Part shown: positions 1-10,851 of the stretch, piece by piece
Layout: every line of letters starts with the position of its first letter
Position numbering within the stretch: position 1 is the stretch's first letter
Assembly (NCBI GenBank): GCA_048939995.1
Contig: JBHLOY010000003.1
Span: 192,001-256,000, forward strand
Source: Promethearchaeota archaeon
Lineage (GTDB): Archaea; Asgardarchaeota; Lokiarchaeia; Sigyniarchaeales; SOKP01
Reading direction: 5' to 3'
DNA length: 64,000 bases
The notes under the pieces: model-generated
Databases searched by the model: none
What the model was told of the DNA's origin: nothing
What the model saw: only the letters and a program-made list of their open reading frames with translations
Made by a program: the position numbers and the translations under genes

Positions 1-1259
1 TCTTTAATATTATCTAATCCACAGATCCAAGATACTACTCTTTCTACTCCTAATCCATACCCAGAATGAGGAACACTTCCAAATTTCCTTAACTCAAAAT
101 ACCATTGATAATTTTTAGGGTCTTCCCCCTGCTCTTTTAATCTCTTGATCATATCATCTACTAGTAGACTTCTTTCTGATCCTCCTATTATTTCACAATA
201 TCCTTCTGGGGCTAGCATATCAAAGCATAATGCTTCTTTGGGATTTTTTATACTAGGTGGTTTGTAAAAACCCATAATTTCCGTTGGATAATGGGTAACG
301 ACAACAGGTACTTTAAAATGGTCAGCAATTTTAGCTTCTTCAATAGTTCTTAAATCTTTACCCCAAGGTACATCCATTTTATATTTTTGGCTAAGAATTT
401 CCAACGCTTCTGCATATTTTATTGTCGGATATTCTGCTTCTGCATAGTGTTCAAGTAATTTGACATCTCTTTCCAAAATCTTAAGTTCTCTCCTATTATT
501 TTTTAGAACTTCTTGAAGAATAAATCTAATTTCGGATTTAGCAACTTCAGTAATTTCTTCTAATTTCATCCATGCTGCTTCCATTTCAGCCATCCAAAAT
601 TCAGCTAAATGCCTTGAAGTTTTTGATCTTTCAGCTCTAAACGTGGGCCCCATATTATAAATTTTACCTAATGAAAATATACCTGCTTCAGCATATAATT
701 GCCATGTTTGACTTAAATAAATCTTATCTTCAAAATATTTCACTTCAAATAGCGTAGCTCCTCCTTCAGATTGAGTAGGTTGGAATATTGGGGCATCAAA
801 TTCATAATATCCATGACTTCTAAAAAATCCATGTATGGCTCCTACAATTGTATGTCTAATTTTAAGAACTGCTGTTAACTTTCTAGATCTTAACCATAAA
901 TGTCTATTATCATATAAGAGTTCAGGGGACTGATGCTCTGTAATTGGGAAAGGTTCAGCAATTTGAATAATTTCTAGATTGGATACGGTAATCTCATAAC
1001 CAGTAGGGGCTCTTTCATCCTTTCTTAATTCACCTGAAATTTCAACAGAAGATTCAATTGTCAATTTATTAGCTTTCTCGAATATTTCGGGTTTTTTACT
1101 CTTAGAAATAACACATTGTATTATATCAGACTCATCTCTCAAGACTATAAAAACAAATTTATTTGATGCTCTGTGTCTATATACCCATCCTCTTAGATGT
1201 ACTTTTCCAGAACCTTTTTTTAACGCCTCTTCGATGGTGAAATACTTTAATTCTGTCAT
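1..1259 (-). CDS. asnS: Asparaginyl-tRNA synthetase (3' end runs off the window)
   Basis: Not in the ORF track; translated by hand from ATG at 1259: MTELKYFTIEEALKKGSGKVHLRGWVYRHR..FIVLRD, LLYDNRHLWLRS, YLSQTWQLYAE, GPTFRAERSKTSRHLAEFWMAEME, GSVPHSGYGLGVER (class II aaRS motifs 2 and 3). Confidence 0.93.
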   Translation of the reverse strand, partial: MTELKYFTIEEALKKGSGKVHLRGWVYRHRASNKFVFIVLRDESDIIQCVISKSKKPEIFEKANKLTIESSVEISGELRKDERAPTGYEITVSNLEIIQIAEPFPITEHQSPELLYDNRHLWLRSRKLTAVLKIRHTIVGAIHGFFRSHGYYEFDAPIFQPTQSEGGATLFEVKYFEDKIYLSQTWQLYAEAGIFSLGKIYNMGPTFRAERSKTSRHLAEFWMAEMEAAWMKLEEITEVAKSEIRFILQEVLKNNRRELKILERDVKLLEHYAEAEYPTIKYAEALEILSQKYKMDVPWGKDLRTIEEAKIADHFKVPVVVTHYPTEIMGFYKPPSIKNPKEALCFDMLAPEGYCEIIGGSERSLLVDDMIKRLKEQGEDPKNYQWYFELRKFGSVPHSGYGLGVERVVSWICGLDNIK

Positions 1260-1409
1260 TCTTAAAATTCAACACTTCAATTAGTATATATATATGAAAA
1301 TTGAGGATTTCTAAAAAATTTCACTAAAAGTAACAAGTTATTTCATGAAAAGCCTTTAATTTGAAATACTTTTAAAATCTAATGATAAAGTATAGAATAA
1401 AACCAATTA

Positions 1410-1958
1410 TTATAATATAAAAATCGCAGCAGCCACTACTGAGGCCCATTCGTTTTCGTTTGGAACAGTAGCTGAAGAAGTGATACTTTTTGTTTCTACA
1501 ATTTTGCCTTCCATTTTAAAGACTTCTTTTTTTTCGTCATAATTTGCATCTGGATCAAAAGGTATTCCCAATGTTGTTGCTAGCATTTCTGCAGCTAGAT
1601 CTTCCGCAAAATCTCCAACATTTTCAGGTTTTGTGCCAAAAGCATGATGTTCACTTAAATATCCATAATGGCCTATATCAGCCGGTTTTGCTACACCTAT
1701 AGAAGCACAAATTAAGCGATTATATTCATTAGAATCTGCTCTAGCAATGACTGCATAAACAATCTGACCCGGGCGAAGTTGCTCTAAGCCCCTACCTGGA
1801 TCTATTTCGATACAATATGGTGGCAAGATAGAAGAAACGTTTACTAAATTATATTTTTCAATTCCCGCCTCTCTAAGAGCTTGTTCGAACGCTGCTAGCT
1901 TCGATTTATGAAAACCTTTCCCTTTTACAAAAAAAACCTTTTTTGGAACGAGAGACAT
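1410..1958 (-). CDS. pdaD: Pyruvoyl-dependent arginine decarboxylase
   Basis: AFEQALREAGIEKYNLVNVSSILPP self-cleavage Ser-Ser motif; GYLSEHH. Confidence 0.92.
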   Translation of the reverse strand: MSLVPKKVFFVKGKGFHKSKLAAFEQALREAGIEKYNLVNVSSILPPYCIEIDPGRGLEQLRPGQIVYAVIARADSNEYNRLICASIGVAKPADIGHYGYLSEHHAFGTKPENVGDFAEDLAAEMLATTLGIPFDPDANYDEKKEVFKMEGKIVETKSITSSATVPNENEWASVVAAAIFIL

Positions 1959-2309
1959 ATCTTAGCTTTAAATTTAATTCTTATATTTATTATAATAATA
2001 ATAAATACTAAAATTATTTAAATTTAATTAAAACTTATGAATAAAGTACAATACTATTAAAATAAGGTTTAAAAGACTTACCAATTCTTAATCCTTTCAT
2101 ATGGATTCTAATTTGTTATAAGTAAATATTACGTACTTCTTCTTAAAGATTATAATTTCTTGAAGATCAATTAAGTTAAACATAGGGAACAAAACGTAAA
2201 ATTCTTCTTAGGTTTGAGCATGATTTTTTATGAAAAACATATTTACATTTTTTTAATCAATATAATATTTTAGTGTTATTTAAAACATTTAAAGCATTTT
2301 TATTAATTT

Positions 2310-3299
2310 ATGAAGGAGTATCATTTAGAAGATTTCCTTATTAAAAAAATAACTCCATTTAGCGTATATAATGTGAAAAATGTCGATGACTTGTTAAATT
2401 CCTTAAAAAATTGTGGGTTTCAAGGAAGAAATTTAGGAAAAGCCCTTGATATTTTGTATAAGATGGTTACTGACAACCAGATTTTAACTGTTTTAACACT
2501 TTCTGGTGCGATGGTTCCCGCTGGGATGGGTGAAATAATATGTGCTTTAATTGAAAATCATCTTATTGATGTTATAGTGAGTACAGGAGCAAATATTATT
2601 CATGATTTAGTAGATGTTGCCTCTAATATTGGACATTACATTGGAAGCCCTAATAGTGATGATGAGGAATTATTTAAAGTTCGTATTAATAGAATCTATG
2701 ATACATTTTTACCTGAAGATAATTATAAAAAGGCAGAAAATTTAATTTTAGATATATTGCATAACACTTTTGATTCCAAGCAAATTGAAATTACTCCATC
2801 TGATCTTCTTAAAAGAATAGGAGAAAATCTCAAATCAAGATGTATTCTTTCACTAGCTGCTGAGCATAATGTTCCTATTTTTGTTCCTGCATTTTCTGAT
2901 TCAGAATTTGCGTTAGATATGATTAAATATTCTATCAGAGATGGGTATAAATTTACTCTTGATATTTTTGGTGATGTGTTAAGATTCGCTGATATCATTA
3001 AAGAAGCAAGAGAATATGGAACTGTTATAATTGGGGGAGGTGTACCACGAAATTGGGCTCAACAAATATTTCCACTATTAGATCAAATTGATCATATTGA
3101 AACAATGGGATTTAATTATTCCGTAAGAATACATACTGCTACAGAGTATGATGGTGGTCTTTCTGGGTGTACTATTAGTGAATCTAAATCTTGGGGCAAA
3201 TATTCCTTGGAATCTAAATATGTTAGTGTTTGGTGTGATGCTACGATTGCTTTACCTATATTGATTACTGGGTTATTTCAACGTTTAAAAATCATTTAA
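2310..3299 (+). CDS. dys: Deoxyhypusine synthase family protein, paralogue 1
   Basis: GFQGRNLG, LSGAMVPAG, STGANIIHD, RINRIYD, GGGVPRNW, DGGLSG..ESKSWGK (catalytic Lys), CDATIALP. Confidence 0.9.
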   Translation: MKEYHLEDFLIKKITPFSVYNVKNVDDLLNSLKNCGFQGRNLGKALDILYKMVTDNQILTVLTLSGAMVPAGMGEIICALIENHLIDVIVSTGANIIHDLVDVASNIGHYIGSPNSDDEELFKVRINRIYDTFLPEDNYKKAENLILDILHNTFDSKQIEITPSDLLKRIGENLKSRCILSLAAEHNVPIFVPAFSDSEFALDMIKYSIRDGYKFTLDIFGDVLRFADIIKEAREYGTVIIGGGVPRNWAQQIFPLLDQIDHIETMGFNYSVRIHTATEYDGGLSGCTISESKSWGKYSLESKYVSVWCDATIALPILITGLFQRLKII

Positions 3300-3351
3300 T
3301 TTATAAAAAATGTGCCATTAATTTTTAAATTGGTATCTGATTACTTTCTAT

Positions 3352-4353
3352 ATGCCTTTTACTCTAAACGAAAACTATCTCATAAGAAAAGTTACACCAT
3401 TGGAGATCTCTAAAATCAAAAATATTGATGATTTATTGGAATCAATAAAATATTGTGGTTTCCAAGGGAGAAATTTAGGAAAAGCTGCTGAAATCCTTTA
3501 TGAAATGTTTTTAGATGATACTTGTCTTACTATTCTAACTTTAAGTGGAGCTATGGTTCCTGCTGGAATGGGAATGGTTATATGTGAATTAATAGAAAAC
3601 AAATTAATTGATGTAATTATTTCAACAGGAGCAAATATTACTCACGACTTTATTGATGCAATCGTAAAAGGAGGCCATTATTTAGGAAGTGATAAAGTAG
3701 ATGATGAGGATTTATTTAAGCACCGAATAAATAGAATATATGACGTATTTCTTCCCGAAATTAATTATAATCTTGCAGAAAATGAATTACTTAGAATACT
3801 AAGGATTAAATTTCCAGATAAGAAATTTGAAATAACACCCTCAGATTTTTTTCAAATAATTGGAAAAGAAATTAAAACAAGAAGCATTTTATCGAGTGCT
3901 GCAAATAATGATATTCCAATATTTGTCCCCGCTATTTCTGATTCTGAATTTGCATTAGACTTAGTTAAATTCACCGAGACAGAAGGTTTTGATATAGATT
4001 TTAGAGTTCTTAAAGATGTTAAAAAGTTTGCAAGAATAATCAAGAAAGCAGATTCATGTGGTACATTTATCATAGGAGGGGGAGTTCCTAGAAATTGGGC
4101 TCAACAAATTTATCCTTATATTGAGAATGTAGAGAAATTAAGAAGGGAAGATTATGAATTTGGCTATAAATATTCTGTAAGAATTCACACTGCTACAGAA
4201 AAAGATGGTGGTTTAAGTGGCTGTAGCTTAAGTGAAAGCAAATCTTGGGGAAAATATTCAATTGACGCAAAATACGTAAGCGTATGGTGTGATGCTACAA
4301 TTGCATTACCAATATTAATTACTGGAGTTATGCAAAGATTAAATATAATCTAA
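3352..4353 (+). CDS. dys: Deoxyhypusine synthase family protein, paralogue 2
   Basis: Same motif set as the upstream gene, including ESKSWGK; tandem duplicate. Confidence 0.9.
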   Translation: MPFTLNENYLIRKVTPLEISKIKNIDDLLESIKYCGFQGRNLGKAAEILYEMFLDDTCLTILTLSGAMVPAGMGMVICELIENKLIDVIISTGANITHDFIDAIVKGGHYLGSDKVDDEDLFKHRINRIYDVFLPEINYNLAENELLRILRIKFPDKKFEITPSDFFQIIGKEIKTRSILSSAANNDIPIFVPAISDSEFALDLVKFTETEGFDIDFRVLKDVKKFARIIKKADSCGTFIIGGGVPRNWAQQIYPYIENVEKLRREDYEFGYKYSVRIHTATEKDGGLSGCSLSESKSWGKYSIDAKYVSVWCDATIALPILITGVMQRLNII

Positions 4354-4366
4354 TGAATTGACTTTA

Positions 4367-5152
4367 TTAAGAATCTTCTTGTTTTCTAAGAAGATATTTT
4401 GAGAAAATATTCATATAAAGGCATTCTTCGGGAGGCATCTCCATGGTTAATTTTGGCTTATCTGCAAATTCCACATCTGCTCCTTGAATAATAACTATGG
4501 GTGTTTGTTTGTCCGCTTCACTTAGTAAAAACTGAGCAGCGCTTGCAAGGTCATCTGCTATAGCTCTCATAGTTATCTCTAAAGGTCTGTTAAAAAGATC
4601 TGGTTTTCCTCGGAGATCCTCGATAGGTTCAAATCCAGCCGTTGCTATGGCAATACCTATAGTACCTTTTCTTAAAGGTTGAACACGAGAATCTACTATA
4701 ATAATACCAAGTCTCTCCAAATTAAACTCGCTTTTTAACTCTTTCCAATAATTCCAAACCACACTTTCAAGATGTTTTGGGAGTAATACAACCTTACCCA
4801 ATCCTGCATTAGATTGATCTATTCCAGAGTTTGCAATTAAAAAATCGTTTACTTTAGTTAAAATTACATGTTTCATTCCTCCTAAAACCATAGAGGCTTC
4901 TTCTAATATGAGTTGAACGAACCTCTCATCCATATCATACTTTTTTGCTTGTTCTTTAGCTTTTCTCGAGATATTTTTAACATCTGATAATCTAACAACT
5001 CTTCCTTGGGACGTTGCTACTACTTTCTCTGCTATAACAACAATATCCCCTTCATTCAGGGAACCTTTTGACTTTTTAATACTATTAATAATAATTTTGA
5101 GAAGATCATCATTTTCCTTAATTAGTGGGAGTTTAATTGCAAATAGTTCCAT
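4367..5152 (-). CDS. cofE: CofE-family gamma-glutamyl ligase (F420-0:glutamate ligase, or alternative folylpolyglutamate synthase)
   Basis: LPLIKENDDL, GDIVVIAEKVVATSQGR, ANSGIDQSN, DLRGKPDLFNRPLEIT..AIADDLASAA. Confidence 0.85.
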   Translation of the reverse strand: MELFAIKLPLIKENDDLLKIIINSIKKSKGSLNEGDIVVIAEKVVATSQGRVVRLSDVKNISRKAKEQAKKYDMDERFVQLILEEASMVLGGMKHVILTKVNDFLIANSGIDQSNAGLGKVVLLPKHLESVVWNYWKELKSEFNLERLGIIIVDSRVQPLRKGTIGIAIATAGFEPIEDLRGKPDLFNRPLEITMRAIADDLASAAQFLLSEADKQTPIVIIQGADVEFADKPKLTMEMPPEECLYMNIFSKYLLRKQEDS

Positions 5153-5207
5153 GCTAACTAAAAAAATTAAACTTATTTGATATAGTTTTTTACAATTATA
5201 GATAACC

Positions 5208-6071
5208 TTGAAGAAAATATATACAAAATTATTTGATTTTTTTGAGATTGGGGATGATTATCCACCCATTGTGATGGGTGTGTTAAATCTAAGCCCTGAA
5301 TCGTTCTATCAAGGTTCTGTTTATGAAGACCTTGAAAAAATGAAAATAGCAGCCTTAGAGATGATTGATAATGGAGCTAAAATGTTGGACTTAGGGGCAA
5401 GATCAACTGCTCCATGGTCTAAGAAAATCACAATTGAAGAAGAAATCAGTAGATTTAAACCAGCAATGGAAGTATTATGCAATATCATTCCGAACGACAT
5501 TATAATTTCTGTTGATACTCAATATATGCAGGTCGCTCAAGAAGCTCTTGAAATTTCAAAAAAGAATGGTAAAAAGATAATTATTAATGATGTTAGTTGT
5601 CTTAAAACAGATCCATTATTGGCACATTTCGTTAATGAGAATGATCTCCCAATTATTTTAATGGCTTCTAAAAACATACCCGGTGATTTATTAACAATAG
5701 AAGAGATTATTTATGAATTTAAGAAAACGATTAAAGATTTAAAATCTAAAGGATATGATATAGAGAAAGTTATATTGGACCCTGGCATTGGACATTGGAT
5801 TGAAGAAAAGACATATAAATACGATTTAAAAATAATAGCAAACCTAAATACATTAAGAATCTTGAATAGACCAGTTCTGATTGCTATTTCTAGAAAATCC
5901 TTTATAGGAACTGCTTTAAACATCCCTGACCCAGAAAATAGATTAAGTGGCACTCTTTCAGCAACAGCTATAGCCGTATATAATGGCACCCATATAATTC
6001 GAACTCATGATGTAACCCATCAGTTAAATGAAATCGTTGAACTGGCTTATCATGTAAGAAAAAGTAAATAA
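5208..6071 (+). CDS. folP: Dihydropteroate synthase
   Basis: VMGVLNLSPESF, DLGARSTAP, ISVDT, IINDVS, ILDPGIG, SRKSFIG, IIRTHDV. Confidence 0.92.
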   Translation: MKKIYTKLFDFFEIGDDYPPIVMGVLNLSPESFYQGSVYEDLEKMKIAALEMIDNGAKMLDLGARSTAPWSKKITIEEEISRFKPAMEVLCNIIPNDIIISVDTQYMQVAQEALEISKKNGKKIIINDVSCLKTDPLLAHFVNENDLPIILMASKNIPGDLLTIEEIIYEFKKTIKDLKSKGYDIEKVILDPGIGHWIEEKTYKYDLKIIANLNTLRILNRPVLIAISRKSFIGTALNIPDPENRLSGTLSATAIAVYNGTHIIRTHDVTHQLNEIVELAYHVRKSK

Positions 6072-6359
6072 TTTGACTCTAATTTTTAATATTAATTATC
6101 TTTTAATAGAACGCCCGATTGAATTAAAGTTCAAGAAATATAAATCTAATTTTATAAAAAGCTTTAATTCTAAATGGATTCTATGAAATACGCTTTAGAA
6201 ATTGAAAACAATTTAATTTTAGGTAAAAGAAAACTATGCTTATATTTAAATTAGCGGAATTACTTACATTATATGTATAATGTTAAATAATCTCATTAGT
6301 TCAATTAAGAATTGATTAATTTAACTTTACATCAGAATTTACATTGGAATAGATCTTTT

Positions 6360-8369
6360 ATGTCTGATAAGGAAACTTATGATGCAGAGGATATTAAAGT
6401 TCTTAAAGGCTTGGATGGCGTTCGAAAGCGCCCAGCGATGTATATTGGCGATACTGGGAAGAAAGGACTCCATCATCTGATTTTTGAGGTATTAGATAAT
6501 TCTGTCGATGAGGCTATTAGTGGATTTGCAAGTGAAATAAAAATAATCTTAAACATAGATAATTCTGTCCAAATACACGATAATGGACGTGGCATACCAA
6601 TTGATAACCATCCTGAGTTCAATAAACCTGCATTAGAAGTAATATTAGAGCATTTACATTCTGGAGGCAAGTTTGATAAGAAAAGCTATAAGATATCTGG
6701 TGGTTTGCATGGCGTTGGTCTATCTGTTGTTAATGCACTGACAGAATGGTTAGAAGTAGAAATTTGCAGAGATGGACAATTATATAAGCAGAGATTCTCT
6801 AAGGGTAAGAAAATTTCTGAACCAGAAACAAAAAAAAGTAATAGTAAAAAAAGTTATACTAAAATATCATTTTATCCTGATCCTGAAATTTTTGAATTTG
6901 ATCCAAAAGAACCTATTTTCAGTTTTTCTCTGATTGCTAATAGAGTAAGAGAATTAGCTTTCCTTACTCCACAAGCGAGATTCGAACTTCTCAATAAAAG
7001 CAATGATGATAAGGTAGAATATCATTTCGAGGGTGGTATTAAAGAATTTATAGCTTATTTGAATAAAGATAAACAACCTTTGCATGATGATATAATTTGT
7101 ATTAATGATACTTATCAGGATGAAGATGGTTCTACTACTTATTGTGATATTGCTTTACAATATAATCAAGGATATCAAACAAATATTCTTTCTTATGCAA
7201 ATACTATTAATACAATTGAGGGAGGAACACATCTCACTGCTTTTAAATCAGCGTTAACAAGAACGTTTAACTCTTATATTGAGAATTATATGGAGAAAAA
7301 GTACAAGGATCATTTATTAAGTGGATCTGATACTCGGGAAGGTTTATCAGCAGTTATTTCAGTAAAGATACCTGATCCTCAATTTGAAAGTCAAACGAAA
7401 ATCAAACTTGGGAATCCAGAGCTTAGGCAAATTGTAAGTCAAATAACTACCGATAAGTTGACTCAATATTTGGAAGAACATCCTGAAACTGGTAAAAAGA
7501 TCGTTCTGAAGACTATAAATGCAAAACTAGCTCGAGAAGCCGCACAAAAAGCAAGACAACTTATTCGACGTAAATCTGCTTTAGATAGTGCCAGGATGCC
7601 CGGAAAATTAGCAGATTGTTCATCAGATAACCCTGAAAAAACCGAAATATTTATTGTGGAAGGAAATTCAGCTGGAGGATCAGCGAAACAAGGTAGGGAC
7701 AGAACTTACCAAGCAATACTCCCCCTTAGAGGTAAAATTCTAAATGTAGAAAAAGCAAGGATGGATAAAATATTAAAAAATAACGAGATTCAATCCATTA
7801 TAAAAGCACTGGGAGTTGGAATTTATGAAGAGAACTCTTTAAATGGAACCAATGGAGATCATGAAGAAAATGATGATACAGATGACACTTTTGATTTAAG
7901 TAAGTTAAGATACCATAAAATTGTTATTATGGTTGATGCGGATATTGATGGAAAGCATATTGAGACGCTTCTTCTCACCTTCTTTTTTAGATATATGAGA
8001 CCTTTAATAGATGAAGGTCATTTATACATTGCTTGTCCTCCTTTATATCAAATTTCTTATAAAAAGTCTAAGCACTATGTTTATACAGACCAAGAAAGAG
8101 ATAGAATATTAGGGGAATTAAAAGATAAATATAAGTTAAAGAATACAGATACGATAAAAATTCAAAGATATAAGGGTTTAGGTGAAATGAACCCAGATGA
8201 ACTTTATGAGACGACAATGAATCGAGAAACTAGAAAATTAAAAAAGGTCACGTACGAGGATTATCTAGAAAATGATTTAATCTTTTCAAAATTGATGGGA
8301 AAAGAAGTAAAACCTCGAAAAAAATTCATAATTAGCAATTTTGATGAAGTAAATATTTTGGATATTTAG
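6360..8369 (+). CDS. gyrB: DNA gyrase subunit B
   Basis: VRKRPAMYIG, EVLDNSVDE, DNGRGIP, GGLHGVG, VEGNSAGGSAKQGRDR, PLRGKILN, DADIDG, RYKGLGEMN; ATG 6360 preferred over TTG 6312. Confidence 0.96.
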   Translation: MSDKETYDAEDIKVLKGLDGVRKRPAMYIGDTGKKGLHHLIFEVLDNSVDEAISGFASEIKIILNIDNSVQIHDNGRGIPIDNHPEFNKPALEVILEHLHSGGKFDKKSYKISGGLHGVGLSVVNALTEWLEVEICRDGQLYKQRFSKGKKISEPETKKSNSKKSYTKISFYPDPEIFEFDPKEPIFSFSLIANRVRELAFLTPQARFELLNKSNDDKVEYHFEGGIKEFIAYLNKDKQPLHDDIICINDTYQDEDGSTTYCDIALQYNQGYQTNILSYANTINTIEGGTHLTAFKSALTRTFNSYIENYMEKKYKDHLLSGSDTREGLSAVISVKIPDPQFESQTKIKLGNPELRQIVSQITTDKLTQYLEEHPETGKKIVLKTINAKLAREAAQKARQLIRRKSALDSARMPGKLADCSSDNPEKTEIFIVEGNSAGGSAKQGRDRTYQAILPLRGKILNVEKARMDKILKNNEIQSIIKALGVGIYEENSLNGTNGDHEENDDTDDTFDLSKLRYHKIVIMVDADIDGKHIETLLLTFFFRYMRPLIDEGHLYIACPPLYQISYKKSKHYVYTDQERDRILGELKDKYKLKNTDTIKIQRYKGLGEMNPDELYETTMNRETRKLKKVTYEDYLENDLIFSKLMGKEVKPRKKFIISNFDEVNILDI

Positions 8370-8406
8370 TAAAATTTATTTTTTAACTTAATAAGAGGTT
8401 AATAAG

Positions 8407-10845
8407 TTGAGTTCAGAAAATATTGAAGAGATAATGTTAAAAAATGAGATGAAAAGTAGTTATATCGACTACGCAATGTCCGTTGTTGTTGGAAGGGCTA
8501 TACCCGATGTAAGAGACGGACTTAAACCTGTTAATCGAAGAATTATTTATGCTATGGCACAAAATAATTGGAATCACACGAGTTCTCATGTCAAATGTGC
8601 TAAAATTGTCGGTGAAACTCTTGGAAATTACCATCCCCATGGAGACATGGCAGTTTATAATGCGCTTGTTAGGATGGGTCAAGATTTTTCTTTAAGATAT
8701 CTATTAATAGACCCTCAAGGAAATTTTGGCTCTATTGATGGAGATGAACCAGCAGCTTACAGATATACAGAAGCGCGATTATCTCAGATTTCAGAAGAAC
8801 TAATTGAAGATATCGACAAAGAAACTGTCAATTTTCAACCTAATTTTGACAATTCTACAATAGAACCTATATATTTACCAGGTAAATTACCTAATATTTT
8901 AATAAATGGAACAAAAGGAATTGCGGTTGGAATGGCCACATCTATGCCGCCTCATAATTTAACTGAAATTTGTGAAGGGATTATCGCTACAATTGATGAT
9001 CCTGAAATATCAATACAAGAACTCTTAGAAATTATCAAAGGACCCGATTTTCCTACTGGTGGAATAATCACTGATACTAATGGGATATATAATGCTTATT
9101 CAACTGGAAATGCAACAATTACGATTCAGGGAAAAATAGAAACAGAAACTAAAGGGGATAAGACTCAACTAATTATTACTGAAATTCCCTATTTAATCAA
9201 TAAATCAACTTTAATAGAATCAATTGCTAAGCTAATAAAAAATGGAGTATTAAAGGACATAAAAGATTTAAGAGATGAATCTGACAAGAGTGGGATGCGA
9301 ATTGTAATAGAATTAACTAAAAATGGTCATCCAATTATAATAAAAAATATTTTGTTTAAAAGAACGAGCTTATTAACTAGTTTTAGCATTACTAACCTAG
9401 TTCTAATCAATGAAGGAAAACAACCAAAAATCTTAACATTAAAGGAAATAATTCAGGAATATATTACTCATAGACTTGTTATAATCCAAAAGAGGACTGA
9501 TTACAAGTTAAGAAAAACTCAAGAAAGACTTCATAAAGTAGAAGGTTTACTTATCGCTCTGAATAATATTGATGATGTTGTTGATATAATCAAAAAATCA
9601 AAGGACGTTAATGAGGCTAAAAGTAAGTTAATTGAAAAGTACAGTTTTACTGATATTCAAGTTCAGGCAATTTTAGGGATGCCTTTATCCCGTTTAACTA
9701 ATCTAGAACATCAGAAATTAGTTGATGAAGAGAAATCCTTAAACGAAGATATCAAATTATGCAAAAAAATTTTGGCAGATAAACAAGTGCAACATAATAT
9801 TATTAAGCGAGAATTAAGAGATTTAATCAAAAAATATGGAGATAAACGAAGAACAAAAATAGAATTTGTCCCCTCAGAAGAATTTAAAGAGATTGAAAAA
9901 AAAGATTTGATTAAGAACGAACCGACGATAGTAATTTTTACAAAAAATCAATATATAAAAAGGATTTCAGTGCAAGAATATCAAACTCAAGCAAGAGGAG
10001 GCCGCGGCAAGAAAGGCATGACTGTTAGAGAAGAGGACTTTATCACAGATTTATTTGTAGCATCTACTCATGATACTATTTTAATATTTACATCAAAAGG
10101 GAGAGTTTATTCTATAAAATGTTATGATATTCCTTTACAAACAAGAACGGCAAGAGGAAAACCAATCGTTAATTTCATTGCCTTACAAGAAGATGAAAAG
10201 ATAGCTGATATGATTCCAATTAATAATTTTGATACTATTGAGATGCTTTTGATGACAACGAAATATGGGATAATTAAAAAGACACCTTTAAAAGCATTTT
10301 CTAAATTTAAAAGTACTGGAGTAAGAGCTCAAAGAATTCGTTCTGATGATGAATTAGTTAGTGTAAAAAAACTCTCAAATGAATTGCAGGATATCTTTAT
10401 AGCTACAAAGTTAGGCTATGCTGTTCGATTTGATGAATCAGAATTGAGAGAATTAGGAAAATATTCTATGGGTGTAAAAGGTGCTGACCTAAGAGAGGGA
10501 GATGCTGTTATTGATACACTATTAGTAAATAATGATGACATTATTCTAACTTTAACTGAAAATGGTTATGGACAGAGGACCCTTGTAAAAGAATATCGAA
10601 AAACAGGAAGGGGAGTAAAAGGGGTGAAGAACATTACATTAAATCATACTAAAAATGATAAAGTTATTGCAATTAAAATTGCAAAACATATGGATATGTT
10701 AATTGGTACTGAACAAGGGCAAGTTATTAGAGTTCCAGTAGATTCAATACGAATCACTCATAGAAAAGCTAAAGGAGTAAGAGTAATAAAACTTTATGAA
10801 GGGGATTCTGTAGTAGCAATCGGAAAGTGTGAAAAAGAAGATTAA
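8407..10845 (+). CDS. gyrA: DNA gyrase subunit A
   Basis: RAIPDVRDGLKP, YHPHGD, AAYRYTEARL (catalytic Tyr), GyrA-box QARGGRGK, C-terminal pinwheel repeats. Confidence 0.96.
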   Translation: MSSENIEEIMLKNEMKSSYIDYAMSVVVGRAIPDVRDGLKPVNRRIIYAMAQNNWNHTSSHVKCAKIVGETLGNYHPHGDMAVYNALVRMGQDFSLRYLLIDPQGNFGSIDGDEPAAYRYTEARLSQISEELIEDIDKETVNFQPNFDNSTIEPIYLPGKLPNILINGTKGIAVGMATSMPPHNLTEICEGIIATIDDPEISIQELLEIIKGPDFPTGGIITDTNGIYNAYSTGNATITIQGKIETETKGDKTQLIITEIPYLINKSTLIESIAKLIKNGVLKDIKDLRDESDKSGMRIVIELTKNGHPIIIKNILFKRTSLLTSFSITNLVLINEGKQPKILTLKEIIQEYITHRLVIIQKRTDYKLRKTQERLHKVEGLLIALNNIDDVVDIIKKSKDVNEAKSKLIEKYSFTDIQVQAILGMPLSRLTNLEHQKLVDEEKSLNEDIKLCKKILADKQVQHNIIKRELRDLIKKYGDKRRTKIEFVPSEEFKEIEKKDLIKNEPTIVIFTKNQYIKRISVQEYQTQARGGRGKKGMTVREEDFITDLFVASTHDTILIFTSKGRVYSIKCYDIPLQTRTARGKPIVNFIALQEDEKIADMIPINNFDTIEMLLMTTKYGIIKKTPLKAFSKFKSTGVRAQRIRSDDELVSVKKLSNELQDIFIATKLGYAVRFDESELRELGKYSMGVKGADLREGDAVIDTLLVNNDDIILTLTENGYGQRTLVKEYRKTGRGVKGVKNITLNHTKNDKVIAIKIAKHMDMLIGTEQGQVIRVPVDSIRITHRKAKGVRVIKLYEGDSVVAIGKCEKED

Positions 10846-10851
10846 ACACTC

